DNA of 22,337 nucleotides from Catajapyx aquilonaris. Lineage: Eukaryota. Under the pieces are notes generated by a model. That model did no database searches and had not been told where the DNA came from. It saw only the letters and a list, made by a program, of their open reading frames with translations. Both the position numbers and the translations under genes were made by a program. Shown one piece after another: positions 1 to 11,701 of this stretch. Every line of letters begins with the position of its first letter. Position 1 is the stretch's first letter. Location of the stretch: positions 62,001-84,337 of the forward strand of contig KZ538322.1 in NCBI GenBank assembly GCA_000934665.2. The letters run 5' to 3'.

Positions 1-524
1 AAAAAAGGGCAAGCTTTGCAGGTGTGAGAGATATTACTTTGCACTGCTTGAAGGAGGTTGAGTCATGAAATCCTCAGATTTTTTCCTAGTTTCTTTTATT
101 TTGATCTCTCTCTTTTTTTTGCGGATCACCTGCTGGAGGGGGTTTGTTGCGGCGGAAAAGGTGGTGTTGCAACACACACTAGGATCGTTTCGCATGAGAG
201 GTACACCAAGGCTGCAGGCAGGAAGGGGAAAAACGGCCAGGATGTGCACTTGAACTGTGAAACGAGTGATAAAAAATAGTAGTGAATGAATATTCTGCGC
301 TTCTTCGTTTGCAGGAGAAAAATTTAGTGAATGAATATAGTGTGAGTGAATGAAATACAAAATGAGCCAAACCCTTTGTGTAATCTAATAATGCTTATCT
401 TGACCAGATTGCGACAGAGTTTCTACCTCGAGTGAACTTGCGAACTGAGATAGACTCTCAATGCGATTGTTACTCCCAAAGACGCTTTGTCACCAGAAGC
501 CAGTGACCCAATATTTATAGCCTG

Positions 525-1483
525 TCAAGGACATTGACGTAAAACCTCCACTATTTTTTTTGTACTGTTTGCGCACAGTTTGCCAATCTTGAAACAAACG
601 TAGAGTTGATGAAGGCATCCGAAGGAAAGAGGTCTAGAGGCCAGGCCAAGGGTGGCCCTGATAAGTCGCATAAGCCATAAACGGAACAACTCGTATGTAT
701 TAGAGTCACTTAGGCAGCCGTCCAAACAATTTGAATGCTGATAGCGGCCTGCATACACACAACGCAGCCAAGCTTCGTTGATGCCACTTGTCTCAAGTGC
801 TTCAACTCATTCGTCATGCACGGATTGAGCAACAGGTGCACCTCCACCCCCGCACCAAGTTTCTTTACCAATAGCAGCCTGTGATTCTTCCAGCATAGGC
901 AGTGGGGCCAATCACAATCCCGGATACAAGCCTGGATGTGCTTCCATAGGTCCAAAGTTGTCGATCTGAGACAGTTTCCCATGGCTGCTTGGAGGTGCAG
1001 GTGGTGCTTATATGACCCACATGGCGCAACCAGACTGCTAATGCAATAATGGGGCCGAGGAGAACCCACGCTAATTGACATCCCACATGCTCACTGACAA
1101 TGGAGCAGCACTGCAACCCATACTGTTTCTCATACCATGATGCGGAGTCTGCACGGACACCTGCATTTCCTTGCGTAATGAGGTGAGAATGGTTGGGAAA
1201 GCGAGATAGCTCAATTAGCCATCGGGGCAGCTATCACTAGCGACCAGCGTGGAAAAGTAGCACAAGGGCCAGGGCAGGTAAGCAGCACCGGAGGAAAGGA
1301 AAAAGACGGGCTATCTGAACCGTGTATCCCAGCCAGGGATCGTGAGCGAGTGAGTGGCCCAGGTCGTCCTGTGGATGATCCCAAGGGCATCCATGACAGG
1401 ATTCGTGACTGGTTCAAGCCCAGGGCATCACATCTGCACACATTCGTGCATGCAAAAAAAACGACAGCAATTGCCCAAAACAA
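525..1483 (-). pseudogene. Possible decayed, frameshifted coding remnant of an unidentified (perhaps secreted) protein
   Basis: Chain of consecutive or overlapping minus-strand ORFs (1211-1483, 865-1116, 710-1081, 525-758) with protein-like composition. The first begins with a hydrophobic signal-like stretch, MFWAIAVVFFACTNV. No family recognised. Confidence 0.2.
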
Positions 1484-2770
1484 ACTTGGCGGAGAAATAA
1501 CCTAGTCAGGGATGAATCCTTGTCTAGTCTTGTGGTCATTATAGTGGATGTGCATTGCACATTGTTGTTTTACGGCTGCCAGGGAGTTCAAGCGGACAAG
1601 GAGGTTTACATGTCGCAAAATGGCATTTATGTCAGATTGCATCATATGATGAGCCATTTTGTAGTCTCTTATAGTCACCTGTGTTCTCGTACATTTTGTG
1701 TGTGTGTGACATAGCAGTTGGTCGGTTGAGACACAAAATTATCAGTTATAAATTTTTGTTCATAGTACCATTTGTCACACCTACCTACAGACCACTAGTC
1801 GAATATTTTGATCCTGCAATTGGCACGTCTTAGGGGGAAGCACCCTATTCAAACGTGGGAACACCCGGGCACATCTTGTTAAAAGGAAGAGAGAAAAAAA
1901 GAAAGAAAAAAGTTACCTAACCTGCTTAAACATAACATACCCACATGGCTTAACCGACCAAATGTGGAGTTTTGTCAATCTAACGAGTGTCACCCGCCTA
2001 GAATAATATACCTAAAGTACATTTTAATTCATGTGTTTCGCCAATGTTTACGTAAGATGATTATATTATTTGGCACTGGTAGCTCCAATAGAAATACGCC
2101 TTGCAGAGAGATATTAAGTCGGGAGTAAATTTGCCTAAATTGGTCATGCAATAGTAGGACTTGACACTGGATAAGTAGTGGTCATCCTTGAGGATTTGCA
2201 ACTAGTTCAGTGCCGAAGTTGATTTTAAAACACAGCGACTGTAGGGTCTACTGTAACAAAAATGACAATTTTGCAATTCATACTTTAGATACGTACGCCT
2301 TATTTTAAAATCTTGCAGACAAAGCCCGAGAACCACAGCACTGCATTTAAAATAAGGTATGTGCATTTGCATTTTGAAGCTGCCTTGAATATGAAATGAG
2401 GCGGACCCCGACCAAATTCCGGTAGCGCACTGTCCTTGGATATTTACTGAATTTACGAGTTCTGGAGGCAACGTACAAGGAACACACACTGTCTAAGTTG
2501 TTTAACGATTGAGCAAAATGACTCACGGTAGCTCAGCCGACACAATCAAGCTGTGCGACAACGACTTCCTTTTGTGAAACCTGCCTCGTTTGCATACTAA
2601 AGCCACATACGCACTTGTGTCGCTCGTAAAACACGTGCATCTAATATGCAGAAAAAGTGAAAAAATCGACAAGAGAAATGCCGTGATTGGATCACGACCA
2701 GAGGCAGCTGCGTAAAAAGGAATCGTGGGAACTTTTGTGTACACCTGCGCAGGTAGGTTACATCATTCGC

Positions 2771-3362
2771 CTACCATTTTTTCTCTATGTATTTATTGAA
2801 AAGGGCATAGCAAGGTCCGGATTGTTGACCAGCAGCAAGCAATGTCGACACACATGATAGGAAAACACCGCGTGAGGGAAAGTGTGGGGTGTCGTAATGC
2901 GAATGGGGTTGGGCAGCGGTGACCCCATGGAGGTGTTGGCGCCACGCGAGCGCCGACCCGCCAGGGAAGACTCCGAACAAAAGGTGGCGGGTGACCCCCA
3001 TCAGTGCGAATCCATCTGGGACTCTTTTCCCACGAAAAATGTCGATCGATCCTGACCGATCGAGGCAGCTGTCCGGTAGCGCACCTGTGGACATGTCGGA
3101 ACAGGTCAGGCCCGCTTGACCCTCGGCGAGTGACCTCCGTCGGGATGACCCCCGCCCTGCTGCTGTGGGCAGAGGCGTGGGAACTCGATGGCGGTTCACA
3201 CAGGAACACAAGGCCAGGGCCAATCATGTGGCACAGAACCAGCTGTTGGCTCTGCGGGCCGCTCTTTATGGACCCCCAAGGGGGCAGCTGGTCAGCACGT
3301 GTCCCCATCAAATTTGGATGAGATTGGGGCACCCATTGGATGGAGCCTGCCTTGTATGGCAT
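2771..3362 (-). other. GC-richer segment with overlapping long ORFs; possible exon or coding remnant
   Basis: Longest ORF in the window (189 aa) overlaps a 150-aa ORF on the same strand. No recognisable domain. Confidence 0.15.
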
Positions 3363-3584
3363 CCTAAACCAGACTTGTCTTACGGTGGGGTCAGACCTGT
3401 TGGGTGCAATATACGCACCGGTGACGACGTACCGGATGTAAGCCCGGTTCTGAAACTTGCATCAACAATCGAAAATATTTTGAGCCAATTGTTGGTCTAT
3501 TATTGACATAGTCGCCATTATGAATTTACACTAGAAGTCCCATTATTTCAAAAACCCAGAGCTGAAATAGGTCAAATTATGCCA

Positions 3585-3824
3585 GTGTTCCAAGTTCGTG
3601 GGTCGTCTTTATTCATCACTAATATCGCCCAAAGTATAGTTTTTTTTGTATAGCTTGTTGTGCCACGATCCAGTCGCCTCAGTACTGTACAGTACAGATG
3701 ATCGAATGTACCAGTGGCAACTGATTAGGAGCACAACAAGCTACAAAATAAAACAGCTTGGAGCGAAATTTCATATAACAATAAGCCAATAACAATTATA
3801 CAAGGCCCTACGAACTTGGAACAC
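3585..3824. mobile_element. Degenerate foldback MITE, probably Tc1/mariner-type
   Basis: 15-bp perfect IR: gtgttccaagttcgt (3585-3599) / acgaacttggaacac (3810-3824). Inner IR tagcttgttgtgc / gcacaacaagcta. The right end continues ...ccttgTA. Confidence 0.6.
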
Positions 3825-4398
3825 CTTGTATATAGTATATGTCTATAATGAATAACTTAATATAGTACCGGTACTGTAATGAATAACTTACTATAATATA
3901 AGTTATATTGTTTAGACTATTATTTGAAGGGTGTGATTAGGGTCAGTAAATAACATTTATGAATCCAGAATTTGAGTGAATTGCCACTCAACATTGTTTG
4001 CTGGGAATAGGTGTGTGCAATTTTGAGGGTGAAGAGTGACGACAGGGTCTGGGTCCCTTAGTAATTATGGCATCGTAAATGCTTAGTGGGAGGGTTGGGT
4101 GGGATGGATGGAGTGCCAAATGGAGTCGGGTCGCCTTCCCACGTTGACACTCGTCCTCCTTCCACATTAACCCAGCAGGCCCCTCATTATTGCTTTTAAA
4201 AAGGCACGCGCTCTATAACTTTCCCATGGGTAAGCCATCGTATGAATCGATTCACGTGACGGGGGTGCAGGGGCATATCAATCAGATCGGGGTCATGGGG
4301 ACAATGTGCTTGCTGTCACTATAACTCGATGGAGTCAAACGACCACCCCTTTTTCCCCCCCAACCCCTACTGACCCTTCATGAAGCAGATGTGTGTAC

Positions 4399-4581
4399 CT
4401 GAACATGCTCATGAATGATAAGGGAGATTTTTTTTTATTATATTTGAATATAAAAAAGGGAGGGGAACACATTTAGTTGGGAATGTGTGNCTGAACATGC
4501 TCATGAATGATAAGGGAGATTTTTTTTTATTATATTTGAATATAAAAAAGGGAGGGGAACACATTTAGTTGGGAATGTGTG
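4399..4581. repeat. Exact 91-bp tandem duplication split by a single N (assembly overlap artefact)
   Basis: 4399-4489 is identical to 4491-4581, with N at 4490. Confidence 0.85.
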
Positions 4582-4800
4582 AATAGCCCCTCGAAAAGAG
4601 GCAGACAAATAGGTGACCACCTACCCCCGCCTCCATCCTTTAACCCGTAGTGTTCACCTGTCTGTTCACTAGCAGGTGTTTTCCCACGTTCGAAATGGTA
4701 GGGGAAGAAACAGTAGGGCTTCGTGCTGAATGCGAGCAAATAAGTTGACACCCGTTTATTACTAAGTTATGCTATCGATTTGTAGCTCTGATATCACTAT

Positions 4801-4860
4801 TGGCTCATGGTTAGACGCTCAGGCTGCAGACTACTGGGTTCGAATCCGGGTGTCGACTCT
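4801..4860 (+). mobile_element. Degenerate tRNA-derived (SINE-like) head
   Basis: A-box-like tggctcatggttag and perfect B-box ggttcgaatcc (4837-4847). No complete cloverleaf and no TSD seen. Confidence 0.4.
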
Positions 4861-4982
4861 CCTGAATTTAGGCTTTCTGGCACGTTTCTCACTAAGCTCA
4901 TGTATATAATCCCGGGATGAATTTACATTACACTTCGGCTACCTTGATTGGCTATATCGATAGACAGTTCGGCGTGGATGGC

Positions 4983-5072
4983 GCTCTATGGGCCGGTTGC
5001 GTGATCTTGGATAAAGCCAGAATAATAACTCGTTTTGGATATGCTATCGATCACGCAACCGGTCCTAAGAGC
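4983..5072. repeat. Short inverted repeat (mini-MITE)
   Basis: gctctatgggccggttgcgtgatc (4983-5006) pairs with gatcacgcaaccggtcctaagagc (5049-5072), including a 14-bp perfect core. Confidence 0.55.
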
Positions 5073-5505
5073 CTTTGACAGATGATCCCCATTTAGGCCC
5101 CTAGTCTGCTCACTCTGAGCAGCTTACCCACTCAGATAACTGGTTGTTTACCTATAATTTTATATACATTGCCATGGGAAAACCCAGTGGATAAGTCACC
5201 CAGGGTGACCAATTAGGGTCCTTACTGTAAACAACCACACAAAACCTAACACAGGCCTACTGTATTTGACAATAAAACCACCACATCGGTGCAAGGGAAT
5301 ATTGTCACTTATCAGCTAAATTGTTTTGCCATTATTTTTACCACCCAATATCCCTGATTTCCACTGCAGATAAACAATTGGCAACAAATTTGCTCCAACG
5401 GAAACTCGGTATTAGTAAACACTTATGTCCGCTTCTGGTCAAAACAGGCAGTGGCCAATTTAAAAAAAATACCAACAAATAGGTTACCACTTGGCAAATA
5501 ACAAT

Positions 5506-5520
5506 GTGACTCACCCTGTA
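5506..5520 (-). mobile_element. Solo mariner-type terminus
   Basis: The reverse complement reads TA-CAGGGTGAGTCAC, resembling the TA-CAGGGTG terminus at 17472. No partner end found. Confidence 0.3.
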
Positions 5521-6437
5521 TTTATATAACTCCCCCATTTATAAGCCCTCTCGCGTGATGGTAGGGTGAGAACACATCGGTTTACCACTCTATTTTGGCT
5601 TTAGGTACACGCCTCCCGTTGAATGCACAGTTGCTGAAAGCATTCTTGCCAAAATGCCGTCTCTCTCACAAGTCATTGCGTGTGGTATGATCAGCATGAC
5701 CGGTCGTCACCTACCATTGCAAGACAAATAGGGAAGAGTCGCTTTGTACAACAGCTGATGTCAAGACTAGAAGCCAACAGCAGTTGGTAGGGGAACATAT
5801 TGGAAAGTCCTTTTTTTCCCACGGATGGGGTCAAGTGAGGGTTGGCCGTGTGTGTCTCTCTTGTTCCTTCCGGCCATCTGTCCCCATGCTCTTCCATCCA
5901 GCTGGCCCACCTACAGCATCCAGCATGTAACCTTTTCCTTCCGGGTAGGTATGCATCCTTCTGCCATCAGAAACAGCCGATTGGAGGGGGTGGTGGGGGA
6001 AGATTCTCAGGTGGGCAGCTGCCATGCTTGCTGGGTGGCGCACCTGTGTGCAGGCATTTTCTCTCTGGGACGCAGGTGCGAAATCCAAGCACCTGCGTTC
6101 CTCTGCTTGGCCTCCTCGGTCTACTCTCTAGTGAAAGTGCCAACTAATTCAAGGCAGTTATTAGCTCACTCTCCTTCCTTGTCACCGCCGTTGCCTTGTC
6201 ACGCTCCGTCACGGAACCACTTGTCTATCAATGGATGTGCAACGATGTTTCAGCGACTACGCCTAGGGTAGTAGCACCCACAACCGGTCGGGGCTGTACT
6301 CAAAACCAGATCGAGTCATAAACATTGGCCGGTAACGTTGGCCCGGACGACACCGTAGAACCGGTTTTGGTTAGACCGGAAGCGGTTTTGGCTCCTGCGT
6401 TGCGTACAGATGCGTCTAATTGTCCAACAGTCCAGCC

Positions 6438-6530
6438 CGGATCGTCCGAACAAAATGGGTGTGTGTCCGAATAATCGACCCATCGTCCGAATAATCTAGA
6501 CCACGATCGAGACTCTTCCGGACAAAATGG
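6438..6530. repeat. Cluster of (c)gtccgaa(t/c)aa motifs, likely subterminal repeats of a decayed DNA transposon
   Basis: gtccgaac/gtccgaataatc occurs three times and acaaaatggg twice within about 90 bp. Confidence 0.35.
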
Positions 6531-6905
6531 GGGAGGGCCTAATTTAAGCGTGTAATCCTCACACTTTGTGCCTTTTGTGCAGCCCTAATTAAGAAGTGTG
6601 CAGTCCAAATTCTGTAAATTCTCCCAAATAGGGATAATTTTTCAGCCCTTTCCAAATTTTCGAGCATGGGAAGGTTTTGGAACACAATTTTTTTATGGCT
6701 TACATATAGGGCTAATGTGCAGTCCAAACAAATCCTTATATTAGGCCCTGAAACGGGGAGTTTCCGAATAATAAAGACTGCCCTGAAACAACCCAAGTGG
6801 CAAAATCAGATTTGCATACAAAAGATTCAGGTCGGTTGTCGCTCTTCAACTAAAATCCCTTAAAAAGTTCCCACGGCCCAGTAACCCACCATATACACAC
6901 CTGCG

Positions 6906-7060
6906 CCCCCCCCCCCCCCCCCCCCCCCCCCCCCNNNNNNNNNNNNNNNNNNNNNNNNNNNNNNNNNNNNNNNNNNNNNNNNNNNNNNNNNNNNNNNNNN
7001 NNNNNNNNNNNNNNNNNNNNNNNNNNNNNNNNNNNNNNNNNNNNNNGGGGGGGGGGGGGG
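6906..7060. other. Scaffold gap flanked by poly-C and poly-G
   Basis: C-run 6906-6934, N 6935-7046, G-run 7047-7060. Confidence 0.95.
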
Positions 7061-8937
7061 AGCATGTCTGGGAATATATGTGGAGGCCATGGTCAGGGCC
7101 GAGCCCGCCCGCATTCCACGGCCGCAGGTAATCTGGCCGGCGCCACACTGCCGGGGCCGCAGCCGGACCTGTGGGTATTGTATTTACCCCGCTAGTAACG
7201 CACCTAGCAACCCATGGAGTGGGTTGCATTTTTTTTTTCTTCTTCTTCTTTTTTTTAAGAGGTTGCTAGTACGGGTATGGCGGCGGAATGCGGGTTGGTG
7301 TGTTTACCGAGGCGAGCGGCGCGCTTGACTGGCGACAGCAAGTCTGGACTACACCTGCGAGCCACTCCGGCCGGCCGTGCATGCCTGCCCGCCTGCTTAA
7401 CCACCCACCCACCCACAGGCCGATCCCAACTTTGGCGCCAAGTCGGCCCCCGGATTTTGCCACCAAACGTGTTATATCACAGTCGTGCCTACCAAATATT
7501 TCATTAGGCTACCTGAAGGGCTATGTTTTGCGAGGGATCAATTGGAAATTGCTGAATGCCTAAGATGGTTTTGGGTTGTTTGCACGGCATATTTTTGCAG
7601 TAGAAAAAAAAAAAAGGTATGGAATAGGTGTATGGCGCACAAGGACGTTATTACACAAGAATCAGGTACACAAGGGAATGGCGGTGCTGATTTTTTTATT
7701 ATAATTGAGCGTGTATAATTTATAATGACGGAGTGATTTGCAACATTTCAAAGTGGGGTAATAACGATAATCATGTTTATAACATCATAAAAGAGAAGGC
7801 GGACGTAGTGTAGCCTGCTGTGTGTTTCTAACTATTTTTTGAGTTTGTCTCGGTGTGTTGTAAATGTTTTCAAACAATTTCTGCACATTATTTTTGGCAA
7901 CTCTTGGAGCCATACACGCGTGACTGCCAGTATCCTAGTGACCAGGCAAAATGCCCGATTTTGTCCATTCGAAAAAAATCCGGCACCTGAACTATTTCGC
8001 TTGTTATTAGCTAGAAATCAGAAAGGATAAGATTGTAAATAAAAATGGGGCCAGAGTGTGAAGGCTAGGCGCCGTGAAGTCTCTTGGCCACCTGGGGAAG
8101 CTGTAGGGCAGGGCGGTGACGTCACGAGGGATCATGATCATCATCATGATGCTTGGCAAAGCTGGTTCCTTCGGGCGGCCAAATTCATCGCAGGTGGACT
8201 CCATCCAGAAGAGATGGGAAGCAAGAGAAGAGATGGGTCGCTTAGAGCAGCACACACACACACACACACAAAAAAAAAAAATCCCCCGAAGGAGAGATAG
8301 AGAAAAAAGGGGACGAGACACCTGTCTGAAGAAAGGCCGGATTTGTGTAGGCAATTAAGCACCATTGGTTTCCACACCTGAGCCTCATCTCATTCCCAAG
8401 GGCATTTTAAGCGCCTACTGCCTACGGTCACACTGTCCCTACAACCTTGAGCACGATAATAAGTTCACCGATTTTCACACCAAACAACAATTTCAAATGA
8501 CGTTTATTTAACCGCAAGGTGTGAGATACCCTAAAGCTAGGTCAAAATGAGCGTCCGGGAAAGTCCAAAGGAGCAAGGTCTCAGCTATATGTATATGCAA
8601 AAATGCATGGTCGGGAATCAACTGCAAAATGTGCGTATCATGTCAGGTGCAGTGCATTTATTCGCACGTGGGATCGGCAGCAAGATTAGCCCCAAGTGTT
8701 TGAACCTTGATTCCGACACCTGTGCACGATGTTATGTCGCGCTCAAGCCAACTCGATTGGGCGTCTATGTAGCCTTTATCAGCAATTTATTCGTTTCCAC
8801 GCAGTGTACTGCTGTACGAACTTGCTTCTTGTGCAACATTCTATATATCATGTTTCTGCCGGTACAATACACTGGCTGCATTTGATCTGCTAATTAATAA
8901 ATAAGCACTGTCTATAAATAAATACGACAAATAAATT

Positions 8938-9068
8938 AATAATCACGGAGTGGATTCATCAAATTTTCATCGTAACTGGTAGTAACTATAGTTAGTTAAT
9001 CATTAGTAACTCTGGTTACTACCAGTTACATACAACGAAAATTTGATGACTCCACCCCCATGACGATT
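8938..9068. repeat. Imperfect ~130-bp palindrome (MITE-like hairpin)
   Basis: tcatcaaattttc / gaaaatttgatga and gtaactggtagtaac / gttactaccagttac are perfect nested IR blocks. Confidence 0.75.
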
Positions 9069-9237
9069 ACGCACGTGGTGTAGTAAATTCAATACGACGC
9101 ATTATTGCTGCGATGTCAATCAGCAAGATGGCTTCTAACACATAGCTGAAAATTCGCAACAAGGCGATAAAGACTGCTTAGATCATGCTGTGATTAGCTC
9201 GTTACAGCCGTAACATGACCTACCATTTCCTCCTCCT

Positions 9238-9424
9238 CCCCCCCCCCCCCCCCCNNNNNNNNNNNNNNNNNNNNNNNNNNNNNNNNNNNNNNNNNNNNNN
9301 NNNNNNNNNNNNNNNNNNNNNNNNNNNNNNNNNNNNNNNNNNNNNNNNNNNNNNNNNNNNNNNNNNNNNNNNNNNNNNNNNNNNNNNNNNNNNNNNNNNN
9401 NNNNNNNGGGGGGGGGGGGGGGGG
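9238..9424. other. Scaffold gap flanked by poly-C and poly-G
   Basis: C-run to 9254, N 9255-9407, G-run 9408-9424. Confidence 0.95.
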
Positions 9425-10096
9425 ACCATACCGGAACATGAAGCGTACCTGTCGGTCGCAGGTGCACGTGCGAGACAATGGTCGTTGGTGGGCAGGTAGG
9501 GCCGAGCACGCCCAGCCAGCTCCCTGGAGTGAGTTTGGCGCCTCCCATAAAAGCATGAAAATCCCAAGGGGACATGTCCACTTTGTAGCTTAGGCGACAG
9601 GTAGGCGCCTCAGGTACATACTTTTGGGCTCCCAAAAAGGGGCATCCAGACACCGCGGCGGGCCCCCACTGAACGGGGCTCCACCCTACCCTCCTCACCC
9701 CACCAAAAAGCTCATTTATTTCTACCTTTTATCCTATCGGCAAGACACGCCCGAGGTCACCATTCTCTCACACACCATTCCACTTCGCACCAGTGTATTT
9801 TTGGGATGGACCCCCGAGACGGGATGGGTTGATTGCCTTAGGGAGAAAGGGATTCACACACATTCCTAAATGCATCCCCACCAAAATTGGATCTGAAATT
9901 AATCAACCCCTATCAATATTTTATTTTTAATCCACTTTAATACGTCATCCAGATACCACCACAATTTTATGTACCGTAAGTGGGTTAGAATTTCCGGACA
10001 TGCAGTTATATTTTTACTACATATATTTTGCGCATTTTTATGGCGTATTGCGAATGTTCATAAGGAGAAAGGACATTACGTAATCAGTTATGGCAA

Positions 10097-10128
10097 TCTT
10101 CTTCTTCTTCTTCTTCTTCTTCTTCTTC
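10097..10128. repeat. (CTT)n microsatellite, about 10 units
   Basis: Perfect tcttcttc... tract. Confidence 0.9.
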
Positions 10129-11500
10129 GGTGGAGTCCCGGAAGCAATGCCCTTGTTGACCCGCGATTATGCAGGGCGGCCCCAAAGCTCGGCGTCGCCA
10201 TGGCGGCAGCACACCTGCTTGGCCCCGGGACCCTCTGACGTCACCAGGTAAGGCGGCAATGAGGGGCGGAGGGAGCGGGCCTAGGGGAGGTGGGGATCAA
10301 GGTGCCTCTCGTGTGTGTGTGTGTATGCGCGCGCTCTTGCCAACAGGTTGTTGTTCTCATCATGTGGTTTCAGGTGCATCTCCGGGCATGGCCAAAATGG
10401 GAAAATGCGGTTCGTATCAATGACTGGAGTTATGTGGAACACCTGTGAGGGACGTCACCTGATAAGATTAAGGCGGCGGATGAGGATGTGTTGTGGTGTG
10501 GAGGGGAAATTCCGGGATTTGCGGTGAATTTTCAATGCCTTACTTGGAAGATACTCTGAGTGTGGTCAGACAGGGTGATCCAAAATATATAGAAGATTAA
10601 GGTTATAAGGCTGGGTGACTTCTTATGGGATTTTTTCCGTTACTCAACTTTCATTACAAGTAGATTAGGACGCACCCATTTACCTCATATGGGAACTTGG
10701 CAACGAGAATTGTGACAACTACTGGTCACAATTTGAAGGTATACAGTACTGTATTTCGGTTGCCCTCTCCAAAGCGGGGCCCCAAAAAATGGCAGTCCAA
10801 GCTCAACGTCTTAATTTACCCAAACGATATTCCCTGGTACGCCAAAGCCCGACCTTCCAGGCGCCATGTCACCGTGTCATGAATAAACGGTACTTCTAGG
10901 CAATATCATGTAGATCGCATGGAAATATTCCACCTGGGTCGCTTGAGCTTTATCGTCCTAAGGTATCTTGTTCAGGTCAGTGAGTGTCAAGACATTAAGA
11001 TAAGGGGGTCGATTGCTGTAATATGTTTTCGGCCAAACTATGTTGTAGCCTATGTACTGCATACGGCTGCAAAATGTACCTTGGCGGTGGGTCTATAAAT
11101 GTTAATGTGAAATTAAGAGTTTTTCTTGCATACCGGAATACATTTATAATCCAAGGTTAGCTTGAGTGGCACGTATTGGTGCACATAGAAAATAAATTTG
11201 GTTAAGATATTTATCTTCATTCATATTTGCCGCTGGGAGGTATACAGCAATTTCTTGCCTCCGGTCATCAGAACGCATATATCATGATTGGTCGTGCCAC
11301 ACCCATCTAAATAGTTAAGAACCAAACGGTACGATTTGGCTACACATATCCATGCCACCCTTTCAATCCTACAAAAAACAGTACCCTTTCTCCCTCCGAT
11401 TTGCATTCGCCCCGGAAGAAAAATGTGCTTGATCTGGAAAAGTCGTCTCCAAGATGAAAGATGTCGTGCAGAAGGGGGTCCACACACACATTCACCTCAC

Positions 11501-11701
11501 ATGATGCATGTCCCAGACCATGATGGAAGCACCAGAAGCTCCAATCCCCATTCCGGAAGACTCCGGATTTGACAGGTCAATGCCACTTAGCACGTGCAAC
11601 CAGGGCAGGTGGTTCAACGGAATCTCGATCCGTTTGAATAATGCACATACTGCGTACCGTAGTACATCGTCTCGGAATAAGTTGAGATGCAAATCGACGT
11701 A
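11501..11701 (-). CDS. Candidate internal exon (67 codons, phase 0-0) of an unidentified gene
   Basis: Open frame YVDLHLNLFRDDVLRYAVCALFKRIEIPLNHLPWLHVLSGIDLSNPESSGMGIGASGASIMVWDMHH, bounded by ...tacAG and GTgagg. The pyrimidine tract is weak and no family is recognised. Confidence 0.3.

Noticed and set aside
1900..2770. Large old inverted-repeat element (ccttattttaaa / tttaaaataagg core; also weak IRs near 5170-5330 and 10800-10950)
   Set aside because: The matches are too short or degenerate to define ends by eye.
4399..4581. 91-bp direct repeat as a biological duplication or CRISPR-like unit
   Set aside because: The two copies are identical and separated by one N, typical of an unmerged contig overlap.
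6846..7229. Pro/Gly-rich ORFs (also 9183-9698 and 13300-13598)
   Set aside because: They are artefacts of translating homopolymers and N gaps.
8007..8377. His-rich or Met-rich ORFs
   Set aside because: Their composition is driven by (CAT)n, (CA)n and poly-A simple repeats, with no recognisable domain.
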